Shown here piece after piece: positions 19,359 to 26,995 of a stretch of 64,000 bases of DNA (position 1 is its first letter; every line of letters begins with the position of its first letter). The position numbers were made by a program, and so were the translations under genes. Origin of the DNA: Actinomycetes bacterium. GTDB lineage: Bacteria; Actinomycetota; CALGFH01. The stretch lies in assembly GCA_036003705.1 (NCBI GenBank), contig DASYSE010000102.1, positions 4,965-68,964 of the forward strand, read 5' to 3'. The notes beneath the pieces were generated by a model, which had not been told where the DNA came from, did not search any database, and saw only the letters and a program-made list of their open reading frames with translations.

Positions 19359-19414
19359 ACCGGGGCCCGGACACGGCCGGCCTGATCGCCCTGCTCCCCG
19401 GAGGCGGCCGGTGA
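19318..19414 (+). repeat. ~40-bp direct duplication (2 copies separated by 16 bp) spanning the yfiH stop / ylmE start junction
   Basis: GGCCGGCCTGATCGCCCTGCTCCCCGG(G/A)GGCGGCCGGTGA occurs at 19318-19358 and again at 19375-19414. Copy 1 supplies the yfiH stop and copy 2 supplies the ylmE GTG start. Confidence 0.8.
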
Positions 19415-20148
19415 CGGCGACCATCGACCCGGTGGTGGTTGCGGCCAACGTGGCCTCGGTGCGGGAGCGGGTCGCGGCCGCCGCCGGCCGGGCCGGGCGC
19501 GACCCGGGCTCGGTCACCCTGGTCGCGGTGGCCAAGCTGTTCCCGCCGTCCGCGGTCCGGGCCGTGCTGGAGGCCGGCGTGCCCGACGTCGGCGAGAACT
19601 ACGCCAAGGACCTCGAGCGCAAGGCGGCCGAGGTCCCCGGCGTGCGCTGGCACTTCGTCGGCCGCCTGCAGCGCAACAAGGCCGGCACGCTGGTTCGGGT
19701 CGGCGCCCTGGTGCACTCGCTGGACTCCCTGGCCGGGGCCCGGGCCCTCGGGCGCCGGGCGGTGGCCGCCGGCACCACCGCCCGCGCCCTGGTCCAGGTC
19801 GAGGTCGACGACCGCGAGGCGGCCCATGGGATCAGGCCAGCCGAGCTGGCGGCGTTCCTCGACGCCTGCCGCGCGGAGGACGGCCTGGAGGTCGACGGGC
19901 TGATGGTCATGCCCGCCCCGGCCGACGACCCGGAGGCGACCCGCCCGGCGTTCCGGCGGACCGCCGAGCTGGCCGCCCGCCTGGGCCTGGTCCAGCTGTC
20001 GATGGGGATGACGGCCGACTTCGAGGTGGCCGTCGAGGAGGGGGCGACCCTGATCCGGGTCGGCACCGCCCTGTTCGGCCCCCGACCCGTCAAGGGGGCG
20101 GCCGCGGCCCGGAACCCTCCCAGGCCCGTCGGGGGGAGCGGCCCATGA
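19411..20148 (+). CDS. yggS: YggS/YlmE-family PLP-binding protein (PLP homeostasis protein)
   Basis: Alanine-racemase-N-like fold motifs (LVAVAKLFPPSAVRAVLEAGVPDVGENYAKDL, HFVGRLQRNKA, LSMGMTADF), at the conserved position after yfiH. Confidence 0.8.
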   Translation: MTATIDPVVVAANVASVRERVAAAAGRAGRDPGSVTLVAVAKLFPPSAVRAVLEAGVPDVGENYAKDLERKAAEVPGVRWHFVGRLQRNKAGTLVRVGALVHSLDSLAGARALGRRAVAAGTTARALVQVEVDDREAAHGIRPAELAAFLDACRAEDGLEVDGLMVMPAPADDPEATRPAFRRTAELAARLGLVQLSMGMTADFEVAVEEGATLIRVGTALFGPRPVKGAAAARNPPRPVGGSGP

Positions 20149-20343
20149 GCCGCCGACCCGCTACCCCAACGATTCGGTCATGGTCGCCGATCAGGACTTC
20201 TGAAATCAGACAAAGGGACGTTCCCGGTGGCTGTGTCGTGACTTCTGTGGCGACTATCGCCATAGTGTTTCCGGCGCCGCCCAAGGCGGACGTCCTCAGG
20301 TGCTTGGACAGTTGTCGACATGGTGAAAGGTAGGTGACGTTAG

Positions 20344-20841
20344 GTGGCTGGGGCGTTCAAGAAGAGCCTTGTGTGGTTGGGGCTGGTCGAGCCTGAGGAC
20401 GAGGAGGAGCTGGCCGACGTGGCCGAGTCGGCCGGGCGATCACCGGCCGATCGGGCTTCCATCCGCCGGGTGCGCGACGACGACGTCTACGGGCGCCGTC
20501 GTGAGGGGGGGCGCCTGGAGGAGTCAACCGAGGCGGTGATCCACCCGATCCCGTCCGCAGCCGCCGGCAAGGTCCACCTGATCGAGCCGTCCGGCTTCAA
20601 CGACGCCGAGGAGATCGGTGAGAAGTTCAAGGCCGACATCCCGGTGATCGTCAACCTCCAGGCATTGGAGCCGGAAACCGCCAAGCGTCTGATCGACTTC
20701 GCCGCCGGGCTCACCTTCGGGCTGGACGGGCGGATCCAGCGTGTTGCCGACAAGGTGTTCCTACTTACCCCTAGAAACGTTGAGGTCTCGGCCGAGGAGC
20801 GGCGGCGGCTCCAAGAGCGAGGCTTCTTCAACCAGGCATGA
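20344..20841 (+). CDS. sepF: Cell division protein SepF
   Basis: MAGAFKKSLVWLGLVEPEDEE N-terminus and a conserved SepF C-terminal domain (VIHPIPSAAAGKVHLIEPSGFNDAEEIGEKFKADIPVIVNLQ). GTG start after an AAAGGTAGGTGA RBS. Confidence 0.85.
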   Translation: MAGAFKKSLVWLGLVEPEDEEELADVAESAGRSPADRASIRRVRDDDVYGRRREGGRLEESTEAVIHPIPSAAAGKVHLIEPSGFNDAEEIGEKFKADIPVIVNLQALEPETAKRLIDFAAGLTFGLDGRIQRVADKVFLLTPRNVEVSAEERRRLQERGFFNQA

Positions 20842-20854
20842 CCGGTGTCCAGCT

Positions 20855-21124
20855 GTGTGGATTCTCTCCCTTCTGCTGAGCTTGTACTGGCTGATCCTTC
20901 TCGGCCGGATCGTGATGGATCTGATCCTGAGCCTGACCGGTGGCCGGGGACTGGCCGGTTTGGCGATCCTGTATGGAATACTGTATGACTTGACCGAACC
21001 CGTCCTCCGACCCATCAGGCGACTCCTTCCCCCCTTGCGAGTCGGCGCTGTGGCCCTAGATCTCTCCCCCCTCATCGTGTTCGTACTGATCGCCCTGTTG
21101 AGACAGGTGGTGAGTACCAGCTAG
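20855..21124 (+). CDS. yggT: YggT/YlmG-family small membrane protein
   Basis: 90-aa two-TM protein (VWILSLLLSLYWLILLGRIVMDLI...) at the conserved position between sepF and divIVA. In-frame GTG 14 nt after the sepF stop. Confidence 0.7.
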   Translation: MWILSLLLSLYWLILLGRIVMDLILSLTGGRGLAGLAILYGILYDLTEPVLRPIRRLLPPLRVGAVALDLSPLIVFVLIALLRQVVSTS

Positions 21125-21195
21125 CCGGCCCAACGCGAACGCTCGAGTGGTGCTCGGGTACAATCGCCCATCCACTTGCAGGTTAAGGAGCGCAG

Positions 21196-22128
21196 ATGCC
21201 GCCACTGACGCCGCTGGACATCCAACACAAAGAATTCACCAAGGCCATGCGCGGGTACGCCATGCACGAGGTGGACACCTTCCTCGATCAGGTCACCGAG
21301 GAGTTCACTCGGATGCAGGACGAGATCGCCCGCCTCCGGGAGCAGGCTTCCAGCACGACGCCGTCGCAGCCCGCCCCGGTGCAGGTGCAGCAGGCCCCGC
21401 CGCCTCCGCCCCCGCAGCCGGTGGCCGCCGAGCCGCGCAGTGCCGGTGGCGAGGAGGCGATCGCCCGGGCCCTGGTCATGGCCCAGCGGATGGCCGACCA
21501 GACGGTCGAGGAGGCCAAGGTCAAGGCCAAGTCGATGGTCGCCGAGGCCGAGGCGCGCGCCAAGAACATGACCGAGCAGGCGCAGATGCGCGCCCGCGAG
21601 GTCACCGAGGCCGCCCAGATGCGCGCCCGCGAGGTCACCGAGGCCGCTCAGATGCGCGCCCGCGAGGTCACCGAGGCCGCCCAGGCCAGGGCCCGCGAGC
21701 TCACCGAGGGCCTGGAGACCCGCTACAAGGAGCGGATCCAGTCGGCCGAGGCCCGCGCCCGCGTTGCCGAGGAGCAGGCCCGCATGCAGATCGCCCAGGC
21801 GACCGAGCAGGTGGCCAGGCGCCGTCAGGAGCTCGAGAGCTCCATCGAGGCACTGCGTGCGTTCGAGCGCGACTACCGCGCCCGGCTCCGCGGCTTCGTC
21901 GAGGGCCAGCTCAAGGCGCTCGAGGACGCGGCCCCGTCCGGGCCGGTCGCCCCACCGCAGCCGCCAGGCCTCGGCGGGAACTCGCGGCCCCTGCCCGGCG
22001 CCGACGACCTGCCGGCCCTGTCGACCGGGGCGCGCCAGAGCTCCTACTCGGCCCTGCGCGACTCGACCTCCGACCAGCTCGGCCACAACGGTCGCGACCG
22101 CGTCGACCGGCTGCGTCACGACGACTGA
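21196..22128 (+). CDS. divIVA: DivIVA/Wag31-family coiled-coil cell-pole/septum protein
   Basis: MPPLTPLDIQHKEFTKAMRGYAMHEVDTFLDQV is the lipid-binding DivIVA N-domain. It is followed by long coiled-coil regions. Confidence 0.9.
   Translation: MPPLTPLDIQHKEFTKAMRGYAMHEVDTFLDQVTEEFTRMQDEIARLREQASSTTPSQPAPVQVQQAPPPPPPQPVAAEPRSAGGEEAIARALVMAQRMADQTVEEAKVKAKSMVAEAEARAKNMTEQAQMRAREVTEAAQMRAREVTEAAQMRAREVTEAAQARARELTEGLETRYKERIQSAEARARVAEEQARMQIAQATEQVARRRQELESSIEALRAFERDYRARLRGFVEGQLKALEDAAPSGPVAPPQPPGLGGNSRPLPGADDLPALSTGARQSSYSALRDSTSDQLGHNGRDRVDRLRHDD
21580..21711 (+). repeat. 33-bp in-frame tandem repeat (3 near-perfect copies plus 1 degenerate) inside divIVA, encoding AQMRAREVTEA x3
   Basis: gcgcagatgcgcgcccgcgaggtcaccgaggcc repeated head-to-tail. 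Confidence 0.8.
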
Positions 22129-22161
22129 CGGTCACGGTCGGGCGTTCCACCAGCCATCCGG

Positions 22162-22320
22162 GTGGTCGCCGGCGCCCTGCTCGCCTTGGCCGTGGCCATG
22201 GGCCTGCTGGTTGCCTCGCTGTTCCGCGCCGACGGCCTGAGCTTCGTGTGGGCTTCGCTGGCAGTTGACGCGATCGCGGTCACGCTGCTGGTGGCGGCCC
22301 TTCGCCGGCGGGCCCGCTAG
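22162..22320 (+). CDS. Possible small hydrophobic protein (52 aa, 2 predicted TM segments). Speculative
   Basis: GTG-initiated ORF VVAGALLALAVAMGLLVASLFRADGLSFVWASLAVDAIAVTLLVAALRRRAR lies 33 nt after the divIVA stop. It is not in the ORF track (no ATG) and has no clear RBS. Confidence 0.25.
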   Translation: MVAGALLALAVAMGLLVASLFRADGLSFVWASLAVDAIAVTLLVAALRRRAR

Positions 22321-22478
22321 GCGCGCGGCCGTAGGCGCGCGCGGCCGGCGAAGTCGCCCTTGGCTGGCGAAGTCGTCCGGTCGGCCGGCCGGACCGAGGT
22401 CAAGGTGCCGTCGGTCGCGGCCACCTTGATCCCGAGCTTGCGGTGCAGCGGCGTCGCCGAGTCGTCGCGGTCCGCCAT
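22317..22478 (-). CDS. Small ORF (53 aa) translationally coupled to the upstream HExxH ORF (ATGA overlap). Its N-terminus (TPLHRKLGIK) resembles DUF3052-type proteins, so it may be a gene remnant
   Basis: ATG at 22478-22476 overlaps the TGA of the 22478..22933 ORF. The similarity call is from memory only. Confidence 0.3.
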   Translation of the reverse strand: MADRDDSATPLHRKLGIKVAATDGTLTSVRPADRTTSPAKGDFAGRARLRPRA

Positions 22479-22933
22479 CAGCCTCCCTCGGGCCGGTGGT
22501 CGCGCTCGTTGAGGGCGTCCTGGACGGCCGCGGCCGCCAGCGAGGCGGCCCGCTCGAACGGGTTGCGCCGATACCCTCGTATGCTGCCCAGCAGGTAGGC
22601 GGGGTAGTAGAACGGGCCCCAGCGCTCGTGCTGGGCGACGTGCTCCAGCTCGTGGGCGAGCAGGCGGTCGTCCAGGTGCCGGTTGGCCACGATCACGTGG
22701 CCGAGCGTGATGGCCTTGAACCCGCGCCAGCCGAGCAACCGGGCCAGCCCGCCGCGGCCGCCCTCGAACAGCAGCACCCCCCGCCAGCGCACCGGCCGCG
22801 TCCGGGTGGTGAGCGCCCCGACCAGCCCGACCAGGCTGTTCGGCCCGGCCCACAGATACCCCCACACCGACCGGGCCGCCGGCAGCAGGTCCCCCAGGTC
22901 GTCGACGCGCACCGGCCGTGCCCGCCCGGTCAC
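22478..22933 (-). CDS. 151-aa protein with an HExxH motif (putative zincin-like metallopeptidase/hydrolase). The start overlaps the ileS stop
   Basis: AHELEHVAQHERWGPFYYPAYLL. Its GTG start codon (22933-22931) overlaps the ileS stop codon (22932-22930), so it is probably co-transcribed and co-translated with ileS. Confidence 0.5.
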   Translation of the reverse strand: MTGRARPVRVDDLGDLLPAARSVWGYLWAGPNSLVGLVGALTTRTRPVRWRGVLLFEGGRGGLARLLGWRGFKAITLGHVIVANRHLDDRLLAHELEHVAQHERWGPFYYPAYLLGSIRGYRRNPFERAASLAAAAVQDALNERDHRPEGG

Positions 22934-25900
22934 CGCTCCTCGGTCACCGGGCGCAGCCAGAGGCGGACCGGCTGGCCGTCCAGGTCGACCCGGGCGTCAT
23001 GACCGTCGCCCTGGGGGGCGCGGTGCAGGCTGGTCGCGAGGGTCTCGCCGAGCAGGTAGTCGCGGTGGGCGTCGACCGCGGCCGCGACCTCGCCGTCGGC
23101 CCTGACGGCCAGCTCGATCCGGTCGTCCACCGCCAGCCCGGCCGCCTTGCGGAGGTCCTGCACGGCCCGGACCAGGTCCCTGGCCAGTCCCTCGAGGCGC
23201 AGCTCGGGCGAGACCTCCAGGTCGAGGGCGACCGCGGTGGCGCCGTCGCGGACCACCCGCCAGCCGGTCACCGGCTCCTCGACCACCGCGACCTCCTCCG
23301 GGGCGAGCTCGACCACGCCCAGTCCCTCCACGACCAGCTCGACCCGCTGGCCGGCCCGCAGCCTCGGGGCCAGCCGGCCCGCCAGCTCGGCCGGCGCCTG
23401 GCGCATCGCGGCGGCCACCGCCTGGGCGTCGCGCCCGAAGCGGGGGCCAAGGGCCCGGAAGTTCGGCGCCAGCCGGTAGGCGACCAGCCCGACCTCGCCC
23501 TGCGCGAACCCGACCTGCTTGACGTTGAGCTCGGCCGCGACCAGGTCGAGCAGCCCGGCCACCCCCTCCCTGACCCGGTCGGGCACGCTGATCAGCGCCC
23601 TGGCCAGGGGCTGGCGTACCTTGAGCCTGGCCTCGGTGCGGGCCTGGCGGCCAAGGCCGACCAGCCGCCTGACCTCGGTCATGGCGGCGCTCAGCGCCGG
23701 GTCGGCCGCGGCCCGGTCGGGCTCCGGCCAGTCGACCAGGTGGACCGAGTCCGCCGCCTCCGGGTCGACCGAGACCACCAGCCCCTGCCACAGCGCCTCG
23801 GCGGTGAACGGCGCATACGGCGCCAGCAGCAACGAGACCGTCCGCAGGCAGGTCCACAGGGTTCGGAAGGCGGCGTCGGCGTCGCTGCCGGTACCCCGCC
23901 AGAACCGCCGCCGCGACAGCCGCACGTACCAGTTGGAGAGGTCGTCGACGAACCCGGCCAGCCGCCGGGCGGCGCTGGTGGCGTCGTAGTCGTCCAGGTT
24001 CCGGGTGACCTGCTCCACCGTGTCGGCCAGCTCGGCCAGCACCCACCGATCGAGCGCCGAGGTCGGGGCTCCGGCGGCGGAGCGGGTGGGGTCGAACTCT
24101 TCCAGACGGGCGTACAGCGCGAAGAAGCTGTAGGTGTTCCACAAGGTGAGGAAGAACGACCTGGTGACGTCCTCGATGGCCTCGGGGAACAGGCGCCGCG
24201 ACACCCACGGCGACCCGGTGGCCAGCATGAACCAGCGCATCGGGTCGGCACCGTAGCGGTCCAGCAGCTGGATTGGGTCGAGCACGTTGCCGAGGCTCTT
24301 CGACATCTTGCGGCCGTCGCGGTCGACGATGTGCCCCAGGCAGACCACGTTCCGGTAGGACGTCTGGTCGAACAGCAGCGTGCTCACCGCCAGCAGGGAG
24401 TAGAACCACCCGCGGGTCTGGTCGATGGCCTCGGAGATGAAGTCGGCCGGGAACGCGCGCTCGAAGGCGGCCCGGCTGTCCGGGGCGTGCGGGTAGCCCC
24501 ACTGGGCGAACGGCATCGACCCGGAGTCGAACCAGGCGTCGAGCACGTCGGGGACCCGGCGGGCCTCCTGCCCGCAGTCCGGGCAGGCCAAGCGCACCTC
24601 GTCCACGAACGGCCGGTGCGGGTCGAGGCCGGACAGGTCGCGGCCGGCCTTCGCCGACAGGTCGGCCAGGCTCTCGACCACGGTCACGTGCCCGTCCGCG
24701 CAGCGCCACAACGGCAGCGGGGTGCCCCAGTAGCGGGCCCTGGACAGCGCCCAGTCGACGTTGTTGGCCAGCCAGTCGCCGAAGCGGCCGTCGCGGATGT
24801 GCTCGGGGCGCCAGCCGATGCGGGCGTTCTCGTCCAGCAGCCGGTCCTTGACCGCCGTCGTCCTGGCGTACCAGGAGGTCAGCGCGTAGTAGATCAGCGG
24901 GGTCGAGCAGCGCCAGCAGAACGGGTAGGCGTGCCGGTGGGTCTCGGCCCGCCACAGCAGCCCCCGCCGGCGCAGGTCCTCGACCAGGTCCGGGTCGGCG
25001 TCCTTGACGAACCTGCCGGCCAGCCAGCCGCTCTCCGGGCCGAAGCGGCCGTCGAGGCCGACCGGGTGGAGCACCGGGGTGTTGTAGCGCTGGCCCACGG
25101 CCAGGTCCTCGGCGCCGTAGGCCGGCGAGGTCTGGACCAGGCCCGACCCGTCGCTGGTGGTGACGTAGTCGTCGGCCACCACCGTCCAGCCCCGGGCCGC
25201 CTCCTCGTCGGTCACCGGGACCAGGTCGAAGGCGCGCCGGTAGCGGGTGCCGAGCAGCTCCTGGAGGGGCACCGGCCGCAGCACCCGGGCGTCCTCGCCG
25301 ACCGCCTTGGCGACCAGGTCCCTGGCCACCACCAGCTTGCGGGCCCTCCCGTCCTGGCCGGTCGCCTCCACCAGGACGTACTGGATATGGGGGCCGACCA
25401 CCACCGACACGTTGGGGACCAGCGTCCACGGCTGGGTCGTCCAGACCAGCAGGGCCGCGCCCTCCTCGGCCAGGGTGCCGGTGGTCGCCGGCAGGGCGAC
25501 GTAGGCGGTGAGGTCCTCGACCTCCTCGTAGCCCATCGCCACCTCGGCGTCCGACAGCGTCGTCTCGCAGCGAGGGCAGTAGGGAGAGACCTTGTAGTCC
25601 TCGACCAGCAGGCCGCGGCGGTACAGCTCGGCCAGGGCCCACCAGACGCTCTCGACGTAGGAGGTGTCCATCGTCCGGTAGGCCTGGCTGGTGTCGATCC
25701 AGAAGCCGATCCGCTCGGTGAGGCGCTCGAAGGCGTCGACGTAGCGCTCGACCGACTCGCGGCAGCGGGCGTTGAACGCCTCCACCCCGAACGCCTCGAT
25801 CGCGCGCTTGTCCTGGAGGCCGAGTTCCTTCTCGACCTCCAGCTCGACCGGCAGGCCGTGGCAGTCCCAGCCGCCCTTGCGGTCGACCCGGTAGCCGCGC

Positions 25901-26127
25901 ATCGTCTTGAAGCGCGGGAACAGGTCCTTGAAGACCCGCGCCTCCACGTGGTGCACGCCGGGCCGGCCGTTGGCGGTCGGCGGCCCCTCGTAGAAGACGA
26001 ACGGCTCGGCCCCGACCCGCTGATCGACGGAGCGCTGGAACACCTTCCGGTCGCGCCACAGCTCCAGCATCCTGGCGTCGAGCGCTGGGAGGTCGAGGTT
26101 GGGGTCGACCTCGGGGAACCGGCCCAT
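22930..26127 (-). CDS. ileS: Isoleucine--tRNA ligase (type 2, eukaryote/actinobacterial-like, no C-terminal zinc finger)
   Basis: HIGH-class motif PGVHHV, KMSKS motif KMSKSLGN, and CP1 editing domain. ATG at 26127 with GAAGGAG RBS. The track's 26241 start extends into the leader. Confidence 0.95.
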   Translation of the reverse strand: MGRFPEVDPNLDLPALDARMLELWRDRKVFQRSVDQRVGAEPFVFYEGPPTANGRPGVHHVEARVFKDLFPRFKTMRGYRVDRKGGWDCHGLPVELEVEKELGLQDKRAIEAFGVEAFNARCRESVERYVDAFERLTERIGFWIDTSQAYRTMDTSYVESVWWALAELYRRGLLVEDYKVSPYCPRCETTLSDAEVAMGYEEVEDLTAYVALPATTGTLAEEGAALLVWTTQPWTLVPNVSVVVGPHIQYVLVEATGQDGRARKLVVARDLVAKAVGEDARVLRPVPLQELLGTRYRRAFDLVPVTDEEAARGWTVVADDYVTTSDGSGLVQTSPAYGAEDLAVGQRYNTPVLHPVGLDGRFGPESGWLAGRFVKDADPDLVEDLRRRGLLWRAETHRHAYPFCWRCSTPLIYYALTSWYARTTAVKDRLLDENARIGWRPEHIRDGRFGDWLANNVDWALSRARYWGTPLPLWRCADGHVTVVESLADLSAKAGRDLSGLDPHRPFVDEVRLACPDCGQEARRVPDVLDAWFDSGSMPFAQWGYPHAPDSRAAFERAFPADFISEAIDQTRGWFYSLLAVSTLLFDQTSYRNVVCLGHIVDRDGRKMSKSLGNVLDPIQLLDRYGADPMRWFMLATGSPWVSRRLFPEAIEDVTRSFFLTLWNTYSFFALYARLEEFDPTRSAAGAPTSALDRWVLAELADTVEQVTRNLDDYDATSAARRLAGFVDDLSNWYVRLSRRRFWRGTGSDADAAFRTLWTCLRTVSLLLAPYAPFTAEALWQGLVVSVDPEAADSVHLVDWPEPDRAAADPALSAAMTEVRRLVGLGRQARTEARLKVRQPLARALISVPDRVREGVAGLLDLVAAELNVKQVGFAQGEVGLVAYRLAPNFRALGPRFGRDAQAVAAAMRQAPAELAGRLAPRLRAGQRVELVVEGLGVVELAPEEVAVVEEPVTGWRVVRDGATAVALDLEVSPELRLEGLARDLVRAVQDLRKAAGLAVDDRIELAVRADGEVAAAVDAHRDYLLGETLATSLHRAPQGDGHDARVDLDGQPVRLWLRPVTEER

Positions 26128-26485
26128 CTGCTGATCGTCTCCTTCGCGCGACGTTGCCCTGGCGAAGGGACGAGGCCATGAGCCCCGCGGTACCACCCCT
26201 CGTGCCGGCAGCCTCGCGACCACCGACCGCTCGCCGGCCACCGGGTTGCAGTGGTCCGTCAGCTGTCACGGGCTGACCCGGCTGCGTCTACTGGGCGGTG
26301 GCCCGCCGTTCGGGCAGCGGCTCGGGGAGGATGTTCGAGAGGCGCCGTGCCACCGGGCTTCCACCATCCCCGGCTCGCTGGCGGCCGTGCCGCCCCCTAC
26401 TCGTTCCCGTCATCGCCTGTACCCCGAGTCTACCTCGCCCCCGCAATCGGTTTGGCTATGATGCCAATGCAGCTGCCGCCTTCCG
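26128..26485 (-). promoter_or_regulatory. T-box riboswitch leader of ileS (Ile specifier), with an ultrashort Stem I and an SD-sequestering expression platform
   Basis: The reverse-strand RNA contains the T-box motif GGGUGGUACCGCGG (complement of 26185-26198). Upstream is a hairpin UUGGC-AUCAUA-GCCAA whose loop carries AUC (Ile codon) followed by a purine (complement of ~26449-26469). The segment CUCGUCCCUUCGCC can pair with CGAAGGAGACG, which covers the ileS SD. Confidence 0.75.
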
Positions 26486-26557
26486 TGCGCCGGACTTGTG
26501 AGGGTGGCCGCCCAGGTACCGCCATCCTCGCCGGCTGGGCCGTTGTCGGAGGACGCC

Positions 26558-26995
26558 ATGGCACGCAAGAAGACCGCTGGGACCGGGGCCGAGCCGGCGC
26601 CGCGCCGGCGCGGCCACCGCTCGCTGGTCACCAAACGAGACCTCGCTTCCTACCGCAGACGGCTGGAGGCCGAGCTGGCCGAGCTGAACGGCCAGCGGGC
26701 CGACCTGGAGGAGTCGACCGGCGCGAGCATGGCCGACGCCACCGGCGAGGTCGGCTTCGACGAGGAGTACGCCGACGCCGGCAGCTTCACCTTCGAACGC
26801 GAGCGCGACCTGTCGCTGGTCGACAACGTCAAGGACCTGATCGACAAGGTCGAGCGCGCGCTGACCCGGATCGGCGACGGCAGCTACGGCCGCTGCGAGG
26901 CCTGCGGCGACGCCATCGAGGCCGAACGGCTGGACGCCCTGCCCTACACCACCCTGTGCCTGGCCGACGCCCGCCGGCGGGTCCGCCCGCGGTGA
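26558..26995 (+). CDS. DksA/TraR-family zinc-finger protein (C4-type, here CxxC-x17-C-x2-D)
   Basis: Coiled-coil N-region plus CEACGDAIEAERLDALPYTTLCLAD. Divergent from ileS. The same position is occupied by a DksA-like gene in Streptomyces-type gene order. Confidence 0.7.
   Translation: MARKKTAGTGAEPAPRRRGHRSLVTKRDLASYRRRLEAELAELNGQRADLEESTGASMADATGEVGFDEEYADAGSFTFERERDLSLVDNVKDLIDKVERALTRIGDGSYGRCEACGDAIEAERLDALPYTTLCLADARRRVRPR

Noticed and set aside
19318-19414. Tandem repeats considered as a possible CRISPR array (also 21580-21711, 32959-33102, 45372-45542, 50726-50839)
   Set aside because: Units are contiguous with no unique spacers, have 2-4 copies only, and most are in-frame coding repeats. 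No cas genes are present. These are simple tandem duplications, not CRISPR.
20148-20344. Lower-GC ylmE-sepF spacer with the TGTCGACA palindrome, and a possible promoter or sRNA
   Set aside because: No convincing -35/-10 pair or terminator could be defined by eye. The palindrome is only 8 bp. It is left unannotated.
22317-22865. 182-aa - strand ORF (track) overlapping the HExxH ORF
   Set aside because: Its N-terminal 129 residues are an Arg/Pro/Gly-rich alternative frame of the HExxH ORF. Only the last 53 codons (from the ATG coupled to the HExxH stop) are kept as a tentative small ORF.
22918-26181. 1087-aa + strand ORF, and the 1090-aa - strand ORF 22997..26269, overlapping ileS
   Set aside because: Antisense and alternative-frame shadows of ileS. 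Only frame 22930..26127 (-) carries the HIGH/KMSKS motifs.
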